Part shown: positions 28,601-43,600 of the stretch, in pieces | Position numbering within the stretch: position 1 is the stretch's first letter | Layout: every line of letters starts with the position of its first letter | Assembly: GCA_964057225.1 (NCBI GenBank) | Contig: OZ059896.1 | Span: 23,064,001-23,128,000, forward strand | Direction: 5' to 3' | Length of the DNA: 64,000 nucleotides | Source: Auanema rhodensis | Lineage: Eukaryota; Animalia; Nematoda | Translations under genes and position numbers: made by a program | The notes under the pieces: model-generated | What the model was told of the DNA's origin: nothing | Seen by the model: the letters and a program-made list of their open reading frames with translations, nothing else | Database searches by the model: none

Positions 28601-31321
28601 CTTTGAAATTTACGTGAACTTTAATTTATGCTAATTAAATGTACACGTGATGTGCACTTGGTATGTAACTCGCTTCACGTGAAAGATAAAGAGATGCGGT
28701 TTTCAAAATTAGATTCCCCATGTCCATATTAGTCTAAAAACAAATTTTTATTAATATTGGTTCATGGTAACCATGTCTTTGAAATTTACGTGAACTTTAA
28801 TTTATGCTAATTAAATGTACACGTGATGTGCACTTGGTATGTAACTCGCTTCATGTAAAAGATAAAGAGATGCGGTCTTCAAAATTAGATTCCCCATGTC
28901 CATATTAGTCTAAAAACAAATTATTATTGATATTGGTTCATGGTAACCATGATTTTGAAATTTACGTGAACTTTAATTTATGCTAATTAAATGTACACGT
29001 GATGTGCACTTGGTATGTAACTCGCTTCATGTAAAAGATAAAGAGATGCGGTCTTCAAAATTAGATTCCCCATGTCCATATTAGTCTAAAAACAAATTTT
29101 TATTGATATTGGTTCATGGTAACCATGTCTTTGAAATTTACGTGAACTTTAATTTATGCTAATTAAATGTACACGTGATGTGCACTTGGTATGTAACTCG
29201 CTTCACGTGAAAGATAAAGAGATGCGGTTTTCAAAATTAGATTCCCCATGTCCATATTAGTCTAAAAACAAATTTTTATTAATATTGGTTCATGGTAACC
29301 ATGTCTTTGAAATTTACGTGAACTTTAATTTATGCTAATTAAATGTACACGTGATGTGCACTTGGTATGTAACTCGCTTCACGTAAAAGATAAAGAGATG
29401 CGGTCTTCAAAATTAGATTCCCCATGTCCATATTAGTCTAAAAACAAATTTTTATTGATATTGGTTCATGGTAACCATGATTTTGAAATTTACGTGAACT
29501 TTAATTTATGCTAATTAAATGTACACGTGATGTGCACTTGGTATGTAACTCGCTTCACGTGAAAGATAAAGAGATGCGGTTTTCAAAATTAGATTCCCCA
29601 TGTCCATATTAGTCTAAAAACAAATTTTTATTAATATTGGTTCATGGTAACCATGTCTTTGAAATTTACGTGAACTTTAATTTATGCTAATTAAATGTAC
29701 ACGTGATGTGCACTTGGTATGTAACTCGCTTCACGTGAAAGATAAAGAGATGCGGTTTTCAAAATTAGATTCCCCATGTCCATATTAGTCTAAAAACAAA
29801 TTTTTATTAATATTGGTTCATGGTAACCATGTCTTTGAAATTTACGTGAACTTTAATTTATGCTAATTAAATGTACACGTGATGTGCACTTGGTATGTAA
29901 CTCGCTTCACGTGAAAGATAAAGAGATGCGGTTTTCAAAATTAGATTCCCCATGTCCATATTAGTCTAAAAAAAATTTTTATTAATATTGGTTCATGGTA
30001 ACCATGTCTTTGAAATTTACGTGAACTTTAATTTATGCTAATTAAATGTACACGTGATGTGCACTTGGTATGTAACTCGCTTCACGTGAAAGATAAAGAG
30101 ATGCGGTTTTCAAAATTAGATTCCCCATGTCCATATTAGTCTAAAAACAAATTTTTATTAATATTGGTTCATGGTAACCATGTCTTTGAAATTTACGTGA
30201 ACTTTAATTTATGCTAATTAAATGTACACGTGATGTGCACTTGGTATGTAACTCGCTTCACGTGAAAGATAAAGAGATGCGGTTTTCAAAATTAGATTCC
30301 CCATGTCCATATTAGTCTAAAAACAAATTTTTATTGATATTGATTCATGGTAACCATGACTTTGAAATTTACGTGAACTTTAATTTATGCTAATTAAATG
30401 TACACGTGATGTGCACTTGGTATGTAACTCGCTTCATGTAAAAGATAAAGAGATGCGGTCTTCAAAATTAGATTCCCCATGTCCATATTAGTCTAAAAAC
30501 AAATTTTTATTAATATTGGTTCATGGTAACCATGTCTTTGAAATTTACGTGAACTTTAATTTATGCTAATTAAATGTACACGTGATGTGCACTTGGTATG
30601 TAACTCGCTTCATGTAAAAGATAAAGAGATGCGGTCTTCAAAATTAGATTCCCCATGTCCATATTAGTCTAAAAACAAATTATTATTGATATTGGTTCAT
30701 GGTAACCATGATTTTGAAATTTACGTGAACTTTAATTTATGCTAATTAAATGTACACGTGATGTGCACTTGGTATGTAACTCGCTTCATGTAAAAGATAA
30801 AGAGATGCGGTCTTCAAAATTAGATTCCCCATGTCCATATTAGTCTAAAAACAAATTTTTATTGATATTGGTTCATGGTAACCATGTCTTTGAAATTTAC
30901 GTGAACTTTAATTTATGCTAATTAAATGTACACGTGATGTGCACTTGGTATGTAACTCGCTTCATGTAAAAGATAAAGAGATGCGGTCTTCAAAATTAGA
31001 TTCCCCATGTCCATATTAGTCTAAAAACAAATTATTATTGATATTGGTTCATGGTAACCATGATTTTGAAATTTACGTGAACTTTAATTTATGCTAATTA
31101 AATGTACACGTGATGTGCACTTGGTATGTAACTCGCTTCATGTAAAAGATAAAGAGATGCGGTCTTCAAAATTAGATTCCCCATGTCCATATTAGTCTAA
31201 AAACAAATTTTTATTGATATTGGTTCATGGTAACCATGACTTTGAAATTTACGTGAACTTTAATTTATGCTAATTAAATGTACACGTGATGTGCACTTGG
31301 TATGTAACTCGCTTCACGTGA
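25693..31321 (+). repeat. Three related 11-mer/10-mer higher-order units
   Basis: C59-deletion monomers start at 26221, 28156 and 29915 (offsets 1935 and 1759 bp), each followed by ATTGATTC and AAATTATT monomers. Confidence 0.88.
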
Positions 31322-34300
31322 AAGATAAAGAGATGCGGTTTTCAAAATTAGATTCCCCATGTCCATATTAGTCTAAAAACAAATTTTTATTAATATTGGT
31401 TCATGGTAACCATGTCTTTGAAATTTACGTGAACTTTAATTTATGCTAATTGAATGTACACGTGATGTGCACTTGGTATGTAACTCGCTTCACGTGAAAG
31501 ATAAAGAGATGCGGTTTTCAAAATTAGATTCCCCATGTCCATATTAGTCTAAAAACAAATTTTTATTGATATTGGTTCATGGTAACCATGACTTTGAAAT
31601 TTACGTGAACTTTAATTTATGCTAATTAAATGTACACGTGATGTGCACTTGGTATGTAACTCGCTTCACGTGAAAGATAAAGAGATGCGGTTTTCAAAAT
31701 TAGATTCCCCATGTCCATATTAGTCTAAAAACAAATTTTTATTAATATTGGTTCATGGTAACCATGTCTTTGAAATTTACGTGAACTTTAATTTATGCTA
31801 ATTAAATGTACACGTGATGTGCACTTGGTATGTAACTCGCTTCACGTGAAAGATAAAGAGATGCGGTTTTCAAAATTAGATTCCCCATGCCCATATTAGT
31901 CTAAAAACAAATTTTTATTGATATTGGTTCATGGTAACCATGACTTTGAAATTTACGTGAACTTTAATTTATGCTAATTAAATGTACACGTGATGTGCAC
32001 TTGGTATGTAACTCGCTTCACGTGAAAGATAAAGAGATGCGGTTTTCAAAATTAGATTCCCCATGTCCATATTAGTCTAAAAACAAATTTTTATTGATAT
32101 TGGTTCATGGTAACCATGACTTTGAAATTTACGTGAACTTTAATTTATGCTAATTAAATGTACACGTGATGTGCACTTGGTATGTAACTCGCTTCACGTG
32201 AAAGATAAAGAGATGCGGTTTTCAAAATTAGATTCCCCATGTCCATATTAGTATAAAAACAAATTTTTATTAATATTGGTTCATGGTAACCATGACTTTG
32301 AAATTTACGTGAACTTTAATTTATGCTAATTAAATGTACACGTGATGTGCACTTGGTATGTAACTCGCTTCACGTGAAAGATAAAGAGATGCGGTTTTCA
32401 AAATTAGATTCCCCATGTCCATATTAGTCTAAAAACAAATTTTTATTGATATTGGTTCATGGTAACCATGACTTTGAAATTTACGTGAACTTTAATTTAT
32501 GCTAATTAAATGTACACGTGATGTGCACTTGGTATGTAACTCGCTTCACGTGAAAGATAAAGAGATGCGGTTTTCAAAATTAGATTCCCCATGTCCATAT
32601 TAGTCTAAAAACAAATTTTTATTAATATTGGTTCATGGTAACCATGTCTTTGAAATTTACGTGAACTTTAATTTATGCTAATTAAATGTACACGTGATGT
32701 GCACTTGGTATGTAACTCGCTTCACGTGAAAGATAAAGAGATGCGGTTTTCAAAATTAGATTCCCCATGTCCATATTAGTCTAAAAACAAATTTTTATTG
32801 ATATTGGTTCATGGTAACCATGACTTTGAAATTTACGTGAACTTTAATTTATGCTAATTAAATGTACACGTGATGTGCACTTGGTATGTAACTCGCTTCA
32901 CGTGAAAGATAAAGAGATGCGGTTTTCAAAATTAGATTCCCTATGTCCATATTAGTCTAAAAACAAATTGTTATTGATATTGGTTCATGGTAACCATGTC
33001 TTTGAAATTTTCGTGAACTTTAATTTATGCTAATTAAATGTACACGTGATGTGCACTTGGTATGTAACTCGCTTCATGTGAAAGATAAAGAGATGCGGTT
33101 TTCAAAATTAGATTCCCCATGTCCATATTAGTCTAAAAACAAATTTTTATTGATATTGGTTCATGGTAACCATGTCTTTGAAATTTACGTGAACTTTAAT
33201 TTATGCTAATTAAATGTACACGTGATGTGCACTTGGTATGTAACTCGCTTCATGTAAAAGATAAAGAGATGCGGTCTTCAAAATTAGATTCCCCATGTCC
33301 ATATTAGTCTAAAAACAAATTTTTATTGATATTGGTTCATGGTAACCATGACTTTGAAATTTACGTGAACTTTAATTTATGCTAATTAAATGTACACGTG
33401 ATGTGCACTTGGTATGTAACTCGCTTCACGTGAAAGATAAAGAGATGCGGTTTTCAAAATTAGATTCCCCATGTCCATATTAGTCTAAAAACAAATTTTT
33501 ATTGATATTGGTTCATGGTAACCATGACTTTGAAATTTACGTGAACTTTAATTTATGCTAATTAAATGTACACGTGATGTGCACTTGGTATGTAACTCGC
33601 TTCACGTGAAAGATAAAGAGATGCGGTTTTCAAAATTAGATTCCCTATGTCCATATTAGTCTAAAAACAAATTGTTATTGATATTGGTTCATGGTAACCA
33701 TGTCTTTGAAATTTTCGTGAACTTTAATTTATGCTAATTAAATGTACACGTGATGTGCACTTGGTATGTAACTCGCTTCATGTGAAAGATAAAGAGATGC
33801 GGTTTTCAAAATTAGATTCCCCATGTCCATATTAGTCTAAAAACAAATTTTTATTGATATTGGTTCATGGTAACCATGTCTTTGAAATTTACGTGAACTT
33901 TAATTTATGCTAATTAAATGTACACGTGATGTGCACTTGGTATGTAACTCGCTTCATGTAAAAGATAAAGAGATGCGGTCTTCAAAATTAGATTCCCCAT
34001 GTCCATATTAGTCTAAAAACAAATTTTTATTGATATTGGTTCATGGTAACCATGACTTTGAAATTTACGTGAACTTTAATTTATGCTAATTAAATGTACA
34101 CGTGATGTGCACTTGGTATGTAACTCGCTTCACGTGAAAGATAAAGAGATGCGGTTTTCAAAATTAGATTCCCCATGTCCATATTAGTCTAAAAACAAAT
34201 TTTTATTAATATTGGTTCATGGTAACCATGTCTTTGAAATTTACGTGAACTTTAATTTATGCTAATTGAATGTACACGTGATGTGCACTTGGTATGTAAC

Positions 34301-36073
34301 TCGCTTCACGTGAAAGATAAAGAGATGCGGTTTTCAAAATTAGATTCCCCATGTCCATATTAGTCTAAAAACAAATTTTTATTGATATTGGTTCATGGTA
34401 ACCATGACTTTGAAATTTACGTGAACTTTAATTTATGCTAATTAAATGTACACGTGATGTGCACTTGGTATGTAACTCGCTTCACGTGAAAGATAAAGAG
34501 ATGCGGTTTTCAAAATTAGATTCCCCATGTCCATATTAGTCTAAAAACAAATTTTTATTAATATTGGTTCATGGTAACCATGTCTTTGAAATTTACGTGA
34601 ACTTTAATTTATGCTAATTAAATGTACACGTGATGTGCACTTGGTATGTAACTCGCTTCACGTGAAAGATAAAGAGATGCGGTTTTCAAAATTAGATTCC
34701 CCATGCCCATATTAGTCTAAAAACAAATTTTTATTGATATTGGTTCATGGTAACCATGACTTTGAAATTTACGTGAACTTTAATTTATGCTAATTAAATG
34801 TACACGTGATGTGCACTTGGTATGTAACTCGCTTCACGTGAAAGATAAAGAGATGCGGTTTTCAAAATTAGATTCCCCATGTCCATATTAGTCTAAAAAC
34901 AAATTTTTATTGATATTGGTTCATGGTAACCATGACTTTGAAATTTACGTGAACTTTAATTTATGCTAATTAAATGTACACGTGATGTGCACTTGGTATG
35001 TAACTCGCTTCACGTGAAAGATAAAGAGATGCGGTTTTCAAAATTAGATTCCCCATGTCCATATTAGTATAAAAACAAATTTTTATTAATATTGGTTCAT
35101 GGTAACCATGACTTTGAAATTTACGTGAACTTTAATTTATGCTAATTAAATGTACACGTGATGTGCACTTGGTATGTAACTCGCTTCACGTGAAAGATAA
35201 AGAGATGCGGTTTTCAAAATTAGATTCCCCATGTCCATATTAGTCTAAAAACAAATTTTTATTGATATTGGTTCATGGTAACCATGACTTTGAAATTTAC
35301 GTGAACTTTAATTTATGCTAATTAAATGTACACGTGATGTGCACTTGGTATGTAACTCGCTTCACGTGAAAGATAAAGAGATGCGGTTTTCAAAATTAGA
35401 TTCCCCATGTCCATATTAGTCTAAAAACAAATTTTTATTAATATTGGTTCATGGTAACCATGTCTTTGAAATTTACGTGAACTTTAATTTATGCTAATTA
35501 AATGTACACGTGATGTGCACTTGGTATGTAACTCGCTTCACGTGAAAGATAAAGAGATGCGGTTTTCAAAATTAGATTCCCCATGTCCATATTAGTCTAA
35601 AAACAAATTTTTATTGATATTGGTTCATGGTAACCATGACTTTGAAATTTACGTGAACTTTAATTTATGCTAATTAAATGTACACGTGATGTGCACTTGG
35701 TATGTAACTCGCTTCACGTGAAAGATAAAGAGATGCGGTTTTCAAAATTAGATTCCCTATGTCCATATTAGTCTAAAAACAAATTGTTATTGATATTGGT
35801 TCATGGTAACCATGTCTTTGAAATTTTCGTGAACTTTAATTTATGCTAATTAAATGTACACGTGATGTGCACTTGGTATGTAACTCGCTTCATGTGAAAG
35901 ATAAAGAGATGCGGTTTTCAAAATTAGATTCCCCATGTCCATATTAGTCTAAAAACAAATTTTTATTGATATTGGTTCATGGTAACCATGTCTTTGAAAT
36001 TTACGTGAACTTTAATTTATGCTAATTAAATGTACACGTGATGTGCTCTTGGTATGTAACTCGCTTCACGTGA
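31146..36073 (+). repeat. 12-mer + 4-mer + 12-mer block (16-mer offset, 2816 bp)
   Basis: AATTGAAT monomers at 31322/34138, CATGCCC at 31850/34666, AGTATAAA at 32202/35018; CCCTATG+TTGTT monomer at 32906, 33610 and 35722. Confidence 0.85.
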
Positions 36074-37462
36074 AAGATAAAGAGATGCGGTTTTCAAAAT
36101 TAGATTCCCCATGTCCATATTAGTCTAAAAACAAATTTTTATTAATATTGGTTCATGGTAACCATGTCTTTGAAATTTACGTGAACTTTAATTTATGCTA
36201 ATTAAATGTACACGTGATGTGCACTTGGTATGTAACTCGCTTCACGTGAAAGAAAAAGAGATGCGGTTTTCAAAATTAGATTCCCCATGTCCATATTAGT
36301 CTAAAAACAAATTTTTATTGATATTGGTTCATGGTAACCATGACTTTGAAATTTACGTGAACTTTAATTTATGCTAATTAAATGTACACGTGATGTGCAC
36401 TTGGTATGTAACTCGCTTCACGTGAAAGATAAAGAGATGCGGTTTTCAAAATTAGATTCCCCATTTCCATATTAGTCTAAAAACAAATTTTTATTAATAT
36501 TGGTTCATGGTAACCATGTCTTTGAAATTTACGTGAACTTTAATTTATGCTAATTAAATGTACACGTGATGTGCACTTGGTATGTAACTCGCTTCACGTG
36601 AAAGAAAAAGAGATGCGGTTTTCAAAATTAGATTCCCCATGTCCATATTAGTCTAAAAACAAATTTTTATTGATATTGGTTCATGGTAACCATGACTTTG
36701 AAATTTACGTGAACTTTAATTTATGCTAATTAAATGTACACGTGATGTGCACTTGGTATGTAACTCGCTTCACGTGAAAGATAAAGAGATGCGGTTTTCA
36801 AAATTAGATTCCCCATGTCCATATTAGTCTAAAAACAAATTTTTATTAATATTGGTTCATGGTAACCATGTCTTTGAAATTTACGTGAACTTTAATTTAT
36901 GCTAATTAAATGTACACGTGATGTGCACTTGGTATGTAACTCGCTTCACGTGAAAGAAAAAGAGATGCGGTTTTCAAAATTAGATTCCCCATGTCCATAT
37001 TAGTCTAAAAACAAATTTTTATTGATATTGGTTCATGGTAACCATGTCTTTGAAATTTACGTGAACTTTAATTTATGCTAATTAAATGTACACGTGATGT
37101 GCTCTTGGTATGTAACTCGCTTCACGTGAAAGATAAAGAGATGCGGTTTTCAAAATTAGATTCCCCATGTCCATATTAGTCTAAAAACAAATTTTTATTA
37201 ATATTGGTTCATGGTAACCATGTCTTTGAAATTTACGTGAACTTTAATTTATGCTAATTAAATGTACACGTGATGTGCACTTGGTATGTAACTCGCTTCA
37301 CGTGAAAGAAAAAGAGATGCGGTTTTCAAAATTAGATTCCCCATGTCCATATTAGTCTAAAAACAAATTTTTATTGATATTGGTTCATGGTAACCATGAC
37401 TTTGAAATTTACGTGAACTTTAATTTATGCTAATTAAATGTACACGTGATGTGCACTTGGTA

Positions 37463-38620
37463 AGTAACTCGCTTCACGTGAAAGATAAAGAGATGCGGTT
37501 TTCAAAATTAGATTCCCCATGTCCATATTAGTCTAAAAACAAATTTTTATTGATATTGCTTCATGGTAACCATGACTTTGAAATTTACGTGAACTTTAAT
37601 TTATGCTAATTAAATGTACACGTGATGTGCACTTGGTATGTAACTCGCTTCACGTGAAAGATAAAGAGATGCGGTTTTCAAAATTAGATTCCCCATGTCC
37701 ATATTAGTCTAAAAACAAATTTTTATTGATATTGGTGCATGGTAACCATGACTTTGAAATTTACGTGAACTTTAATTTATGCTAATTAAATGTACACTTG
37801 ATGTACACTTGGTATGTAACTCGCTTCACATGAAAGATAAAGAGATGCGGTTTTCAAAATTAGATTCCCCATGTCCATATTAGTCTAAAAACAAATTTTT
37901 ATTGATATTGGTTCATGGTAACCATGACTTTGAAATTTACGTGAACTTTAATTTATGCTAATTAAATGTACACGTGATGTGCACTTGGTAAGTAACTCGC
38001 TTCACGTGAAAGATAAAGAGATGCGGTTTTCAAAATTAGATTCCCCATGTCCATATTAGTCTAAAAACAAATTTTTATTGATATTGCTTCATGGTAACCA
38101 TGACTTTGAAATTTACGTGAACTTTAATTTATGCTAATTAAATGTACACGTGATGTGCACTTGGTATGTAACTCGCTTCACGTGAAAGATAAAGAGATGC
38201 GGTTTTCAAAATTAGATTCCCCATGTCCATATTAGTCTAAAAACAAATTTTTATTGATATTGGTGCATGGTAACCATGACTTTGAAATTTACGTGAACTT
38301 TAATTTATGCTAATTAAATGTACACTTGATGTACACTTGGTATGTAACTCGCTTCACATGAAAGATAAAGAGATGCGGTTTTCAAAATTAGATTCCCCAT
38401 GTCCATATTAGTCTAAAAACAAATTTTTATTGATATTGGTTCATGGTAACCATGACTTTGAAATTTACGTGAACTTTAATTTATGCTAATTAAATGTACA
38501 CGTGATGTGCACTTGGTAAGTAACTCGCTTCACGTGAAAGATAAAGAGATGCGGTTTTCAAAATTAGATTCCCCATGTCCATATTAGTCTAAAAACAAAT
38601 TTTTATTGATATTGCTTCAT
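37463..38620 (+). repeat. Divergent trimer (528-bp period) patch
   Basis: T158A at 37463/37991/38519, G78C at 37559/38087/38615, T80G at 37737/38265. Confidence 0.9.
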
Positions 38621-39065
38621 GGTAACCATGACTTTGAAATTTACGTGAACTTTAATTTATGCTAATTAAATGTACACGTGATGTGCACTTGGTATGTAAC
38701 TCGCTTCACGTGAAAGATAAAGAGATGCGGTTTTCAAAATTAGATTCCCCATGTCCATATTAGTCTAAAAACAAATTTTTATTAATATTGGTTCATGGTA
38801 ACCATGTCTTTGAAATTTACGTGAACTTTAATTTATGCTAATTAAATGTACACGTGATGTGCACTTGGTATGTAACTCGCTTCACGTGAAAGATAAAGAG
38901 ATGCGGTTTTCAAAATTAGATTCCCCATGTCCATATTAGTCTAAAAACAAATTTTTATTGATATTGGTTCATGGTAACCATGACTTTGAAATTTACGTGA
39001 ACTTTAATTTATGCTAATTAAATGTACACGTGATGTGCACTTGGTATGTAACTCGCTTCACGTGA

Positions 39066-40473
39066 AAGATAAAGAGATGCGGTTTTCAAAATTAGATTCC
39101 CTATGTCCATATTAGTCTAAAAACAAATTGTTATTGATATTGGTTCATGGTAACCATGTCTTTGAAATTTTCGTGAACTTTAATTTATGCTAATTAAATG
39201 TACACGTGATGTGCACTTGGTATGTAACTCGCTTCATGTGAAAGATAAAGAGATGCGGTTTTCAAAATTAGATTCCCCATGTCCATATTAGTCTAAAAAC
39301 AAATTTTTATTGATATTGGTTCATGGTAACCATGTCTTTGAAATTTACGTGAACTTTAATTTATGCTAATTAAATGTACACGTGATGTGCTCTTGGTATG
39401 TAACTCGCTTCACGTGAAAGATAAAGAGATGCGGTTTTCAAAATTAGATTCCCCATGTCCATATTAGTCTAAAAACAAATTTTTATTAATATTGGTTCAT
39501 GGTAACCATGTCTTTGAAATTTACGTGAACTTTAATTTATGCTAATTAAATGTACACGTGATGTGCACTTGGTATGTAACTCGCTTCACGTGAAAGAAAA
39601 AGAGATGCGGTTTTCAAAATTAGATTCCCCATGTCCATATTAGTCTAAAAACAAATTTTTATTGATATTGGTTCATGGTAACCATGACTTTGAAATTTAC
39701 GTGAACTTTAATTTATGCTAATTAAATGTACACGTGATGTGCACTTGGTATGTAACTCGCTTCACGTGAAAGATAAAGAGATGCGGTTTTCAAAATTAGA
39801 TTCCCTATGTCCATATTAGTCTAAAAACAAATTGTTATTGATATTGGTTCATGGTAACCATGTCTTTGAAATTTTCGTGAACTTTAATTTATGCTAATTA
39901 AATGTACACGTGATGTGCACTTGGTATGTAACTCGCTTCATGTGAAAGATAAAGAGATGCGGTTTTCAAAATTAGATTCCCCATGTCCATATTAGTCTAA
40001 AAACAAATTTTTATTGATATTGGTTCATGGTAACCATGTCTTTGAAATTTACGTGAACTTTAATTTATGCTAATTAAATGTACACGTGATGTGCTCTTGG
40101 TATGTAACTCGCTTCACGTGAAAGATAAAGAGATGCGGTTTTCAAAATTAGATTCCCCATGTCCATATTAGTCTAAAAACAAATTTTTATTAATATTGGT
40201 TCATGGTAACCATGTCTTTGAAATTTACGTGAACTTTAATTTATGCTAATTAAATGTACACGTGATGTGCACTTGGTATGTAACTCGCTTCACGTGAAAG
40301 AAAAAGAGATGCGGTTTTCAAAATTAGATTCCCCATGTCCATATTAGTCTAAAAACAAATTTTTATTGATATTGGTTCATGGTAACCATGACTTTGAAAT
40401 TTACGTGAACTTTAATTTATGCTAATTAAATGTACACGTGATGTGCACTTGGTATGTAACTCGCTTCACGTGA
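39066..40473 (+). repeat. 4-mer (704-bp) tandem duplication
   Basis: CCCTATG+TTGTT monomer at 39066 and 39770, each followed by GTGCTCT and AGAAAAAG monomers in the same order. Confidence 0.87.
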
Positions 40474-40654
40474 AAGATAAAGAGATGCGGTTTTCAAAAT
40501 TAGATTCCCCATTTCCATATTAGTCTAAAAACAAATTTTTATTAATATTGGTTCATGGTAACCATGTCTTTGAAATTTACGTGAACTTTAATTTATGCTA
40601 ATTAAATGTACACGTGATGTGCACTTGGTATGTAACTCGCTTCACGTGAAAGAA

Positions 40655-43600
40655 AAAGAGATGCGGTTTTCAAAATTAGATTCCCCATGTCCATATTAGT
40701 CTAAAAACAAATTTTTATTGATATTGGTTCATGGTAACCATGACTTTGAAATTTACGTGAACTTTAATTTATGCTAATTAAATGTACACGTGATGTGCAC
40801 TTGGTATGTAACTCGCTTCACGTGAAAGATAAAGAGATGCGGTTTTCAAAATTAGATTCCCCATGTCCATATTAGTCTAAAAACAAATTTTTATTAATAT
40901 TGGTTCATGGTAACCATGTCTTTGAAATTTACGTGAACTTTAATTTATGCTAATTAAATGTACACGTGATGTGCACTTGGTATGTAACTCGCTTCACGTG
41001 AAAGAAAAAGAGATGCGGTTTTCAAAATTAGATTCCCCATGTCCATATTAGTCTAAAAACAAATTTTTATTGATATTGGTTCATGGTAACCATGTCTTTG
41101 AAATTTACGTGAACTTTAATTTATGCTAATTAAATGTACACGTGATGTGCTCTTGGTATGTAACTCGCTTCACGTGAAAGATAAAGAGATGCGGTTTTCA
41201 AAATTAGATTCCCCATGTCCATATTAGTCTAAAAACAAATTTTTATTAATATTGGTTCATGGTAACCATGTCTTTGAAATTTACGTGAACTTTAATTTAT
41301 GCTAATTAAATGTACACGTGATGTGCACTTGGTATGTAACTCGCTTCACGTGAAAGAAAAAGAGATGCGGTTTTCAAAATTAGATTCCCCATGTCCATAT
41401 TAGTCTAAAAACAAATTTTTATTGATATTGGTTCATGGTAACCATGACTTTGAAATTTACGTGAACTTTAATTTATGCTAATTAAATGTACACGTGATGT
41501 GCACTTGGTATGTAACTCGCTTCACGTGAAAGATAAAGAGATGCGGTTTTCAAAATTAGATTCCCCATTTCCATATTAGTCTAAAAACAAATTTTTATTA
41601 ATATTGGTTCATGGTAACCATGTCTTTGAAATTTACGTGAACTTTAATTTATGCTAATTAAATGTACACGTGATGTGCACTTGGTATGTAACTCGCTTCA
41701 CGTGAAAGAAAAAGAGATGCGGTTTTCAAAATTAGATTCCCCATGTCCATATTAGTCTAAAAACAAATTTTTATTGATATTGGTTCATGGTAACCATGAC
41801 TTTGAAATTTACGTGAACTTTAATTTATGCTAATTAAATGTACACGTGATGTGCACTTGGTATGTAACTCGCTTCACGTGAAAGATAAAGAGATGCGGTT
41901 TTCAAAATTAGATTCCCCATTTCCATATTAGTCTAAAAACAAATTTGTATTAATATTGGCTCATGGTAACCATGTCTTTGAAATTTACGTGAACTTTAAT
42001 TTATGCTAATTAAATGTACACGTGATGTGCACTTGGTATGTAACTCGCTTCACGTGAAAGATAAAGAGATGCGGTTTTCAAAATTAGATTCCCCATGTCC
42101 ATATTAGTCTAAAAACAAATTTTTATTGATATTGGTTCATGGTAACCATGATTTTGAAATTTACGTGAACTTTAATTTATGCTAATTAAATGTACACGTG
42201 ATGTGCACTTGGTATGTAACTCGCTTCACGTGAAAGATAAAGAAATGCGGTTTTCAAAATTAGATTCCCCATGTCCATTTTAGTCTAAAAACAAATTTTT
42301 ATTGATATTGGTTCATGGTAACCATGACTTTGAAATTTACGTGAACTTTAATTTATGCTAATTAAATGTACACGTGATGTGCACTTGGTATGTAACTCGC
42401 TTCACGTGAAAGATAAAGAGATGCGGTTTTCAAAATTAGATTCCCCATGTCCATATTAGTCTAAAAACAAATTTTTATTAATATTGGTTCATGGTAACCA
42501 TGTCTTTGAAATTTACGTGAACTTTAATTTATGCTAATTAAATGTACACGTGATGTGCTCTTGGTATGTAACTCGCTTCACGTGAAAGATAAAGAGATGC
42601 GGTTTTCAAAATTAGGTTCCCCATGTCCATATTAGTCTAAAAACAAATTTTTATTGATATTGGTTCATGGTAACCATGACTTTGAAATTTACGTGAACTT
42701 TAATTTATGCTAATTAAATGTACACGTGATGTGCACTTGGTATGTAACTCGCTTCACGTGAAAGATAAAGAGATGCGGTTTTCAAAATTAGATTCCCCAT
42801 GTCCATATTAGTCTAAAAACAAATTTTTATTAATATTGGTTCATGGTAACCATGTCTTTGAAATTTACGTGAACTTTAATTTATGCTAATTAAATGTACA
42901 CGTGATGTGCACTTGGTATGTAACTCGCTTCACGTGAAAGATAAAGAGATGCGGTTTTCAAAATTAGATTCCCCATGTCCATATTAGTCTAAAAACAAAT
43001 TTTTATTAATATTGGTTCATGGTAACCATGTCTTTGAAATTTACGTGAACTTTAATTTATGCTAATTAAATGTACACGTGATGTGCACTTGGTATGTAAC
43101 TCGCTTCACGTGAAAGATAAAGAGATGCGGTTTTCAAAATTAGATTCCCCATGTCCATATTAGTCTAAAAACAAATTTTTATTGATATTGGTTCATGGTA
43201 ACCATGACTTTGAAATTTACGTGAACTTTAATTTATGCTAATTAAATGTACACGTGATGTGCACTTGGTATGTAACTCGCTTCACGTGAAAGATAAAGAG
43301 ATGCGGTTTTCAAAATTAGATTCCCCATGTCCATATTAGTCTAAAAACAAATTTTTATTAATATTGGTTCATGGTAACCATGTCTTTGAAATTTACGTGA
43401 ACTTTAATTTATGCTAATTAAATGTACACGTGATGTGCACTTGGTATGTAACTCGCTTCACGTGAAAGAAAAAGAGATGCGGTTTTCAAAATTAGATTCC
43501 CCATGTCCATATTAGTCTAAAAACAAATTTTTATTGATATTGGTTCATGGTAACCATGTCTTTGAAATTTACGTGAACTTTAATTTATGCTAATTAAATG

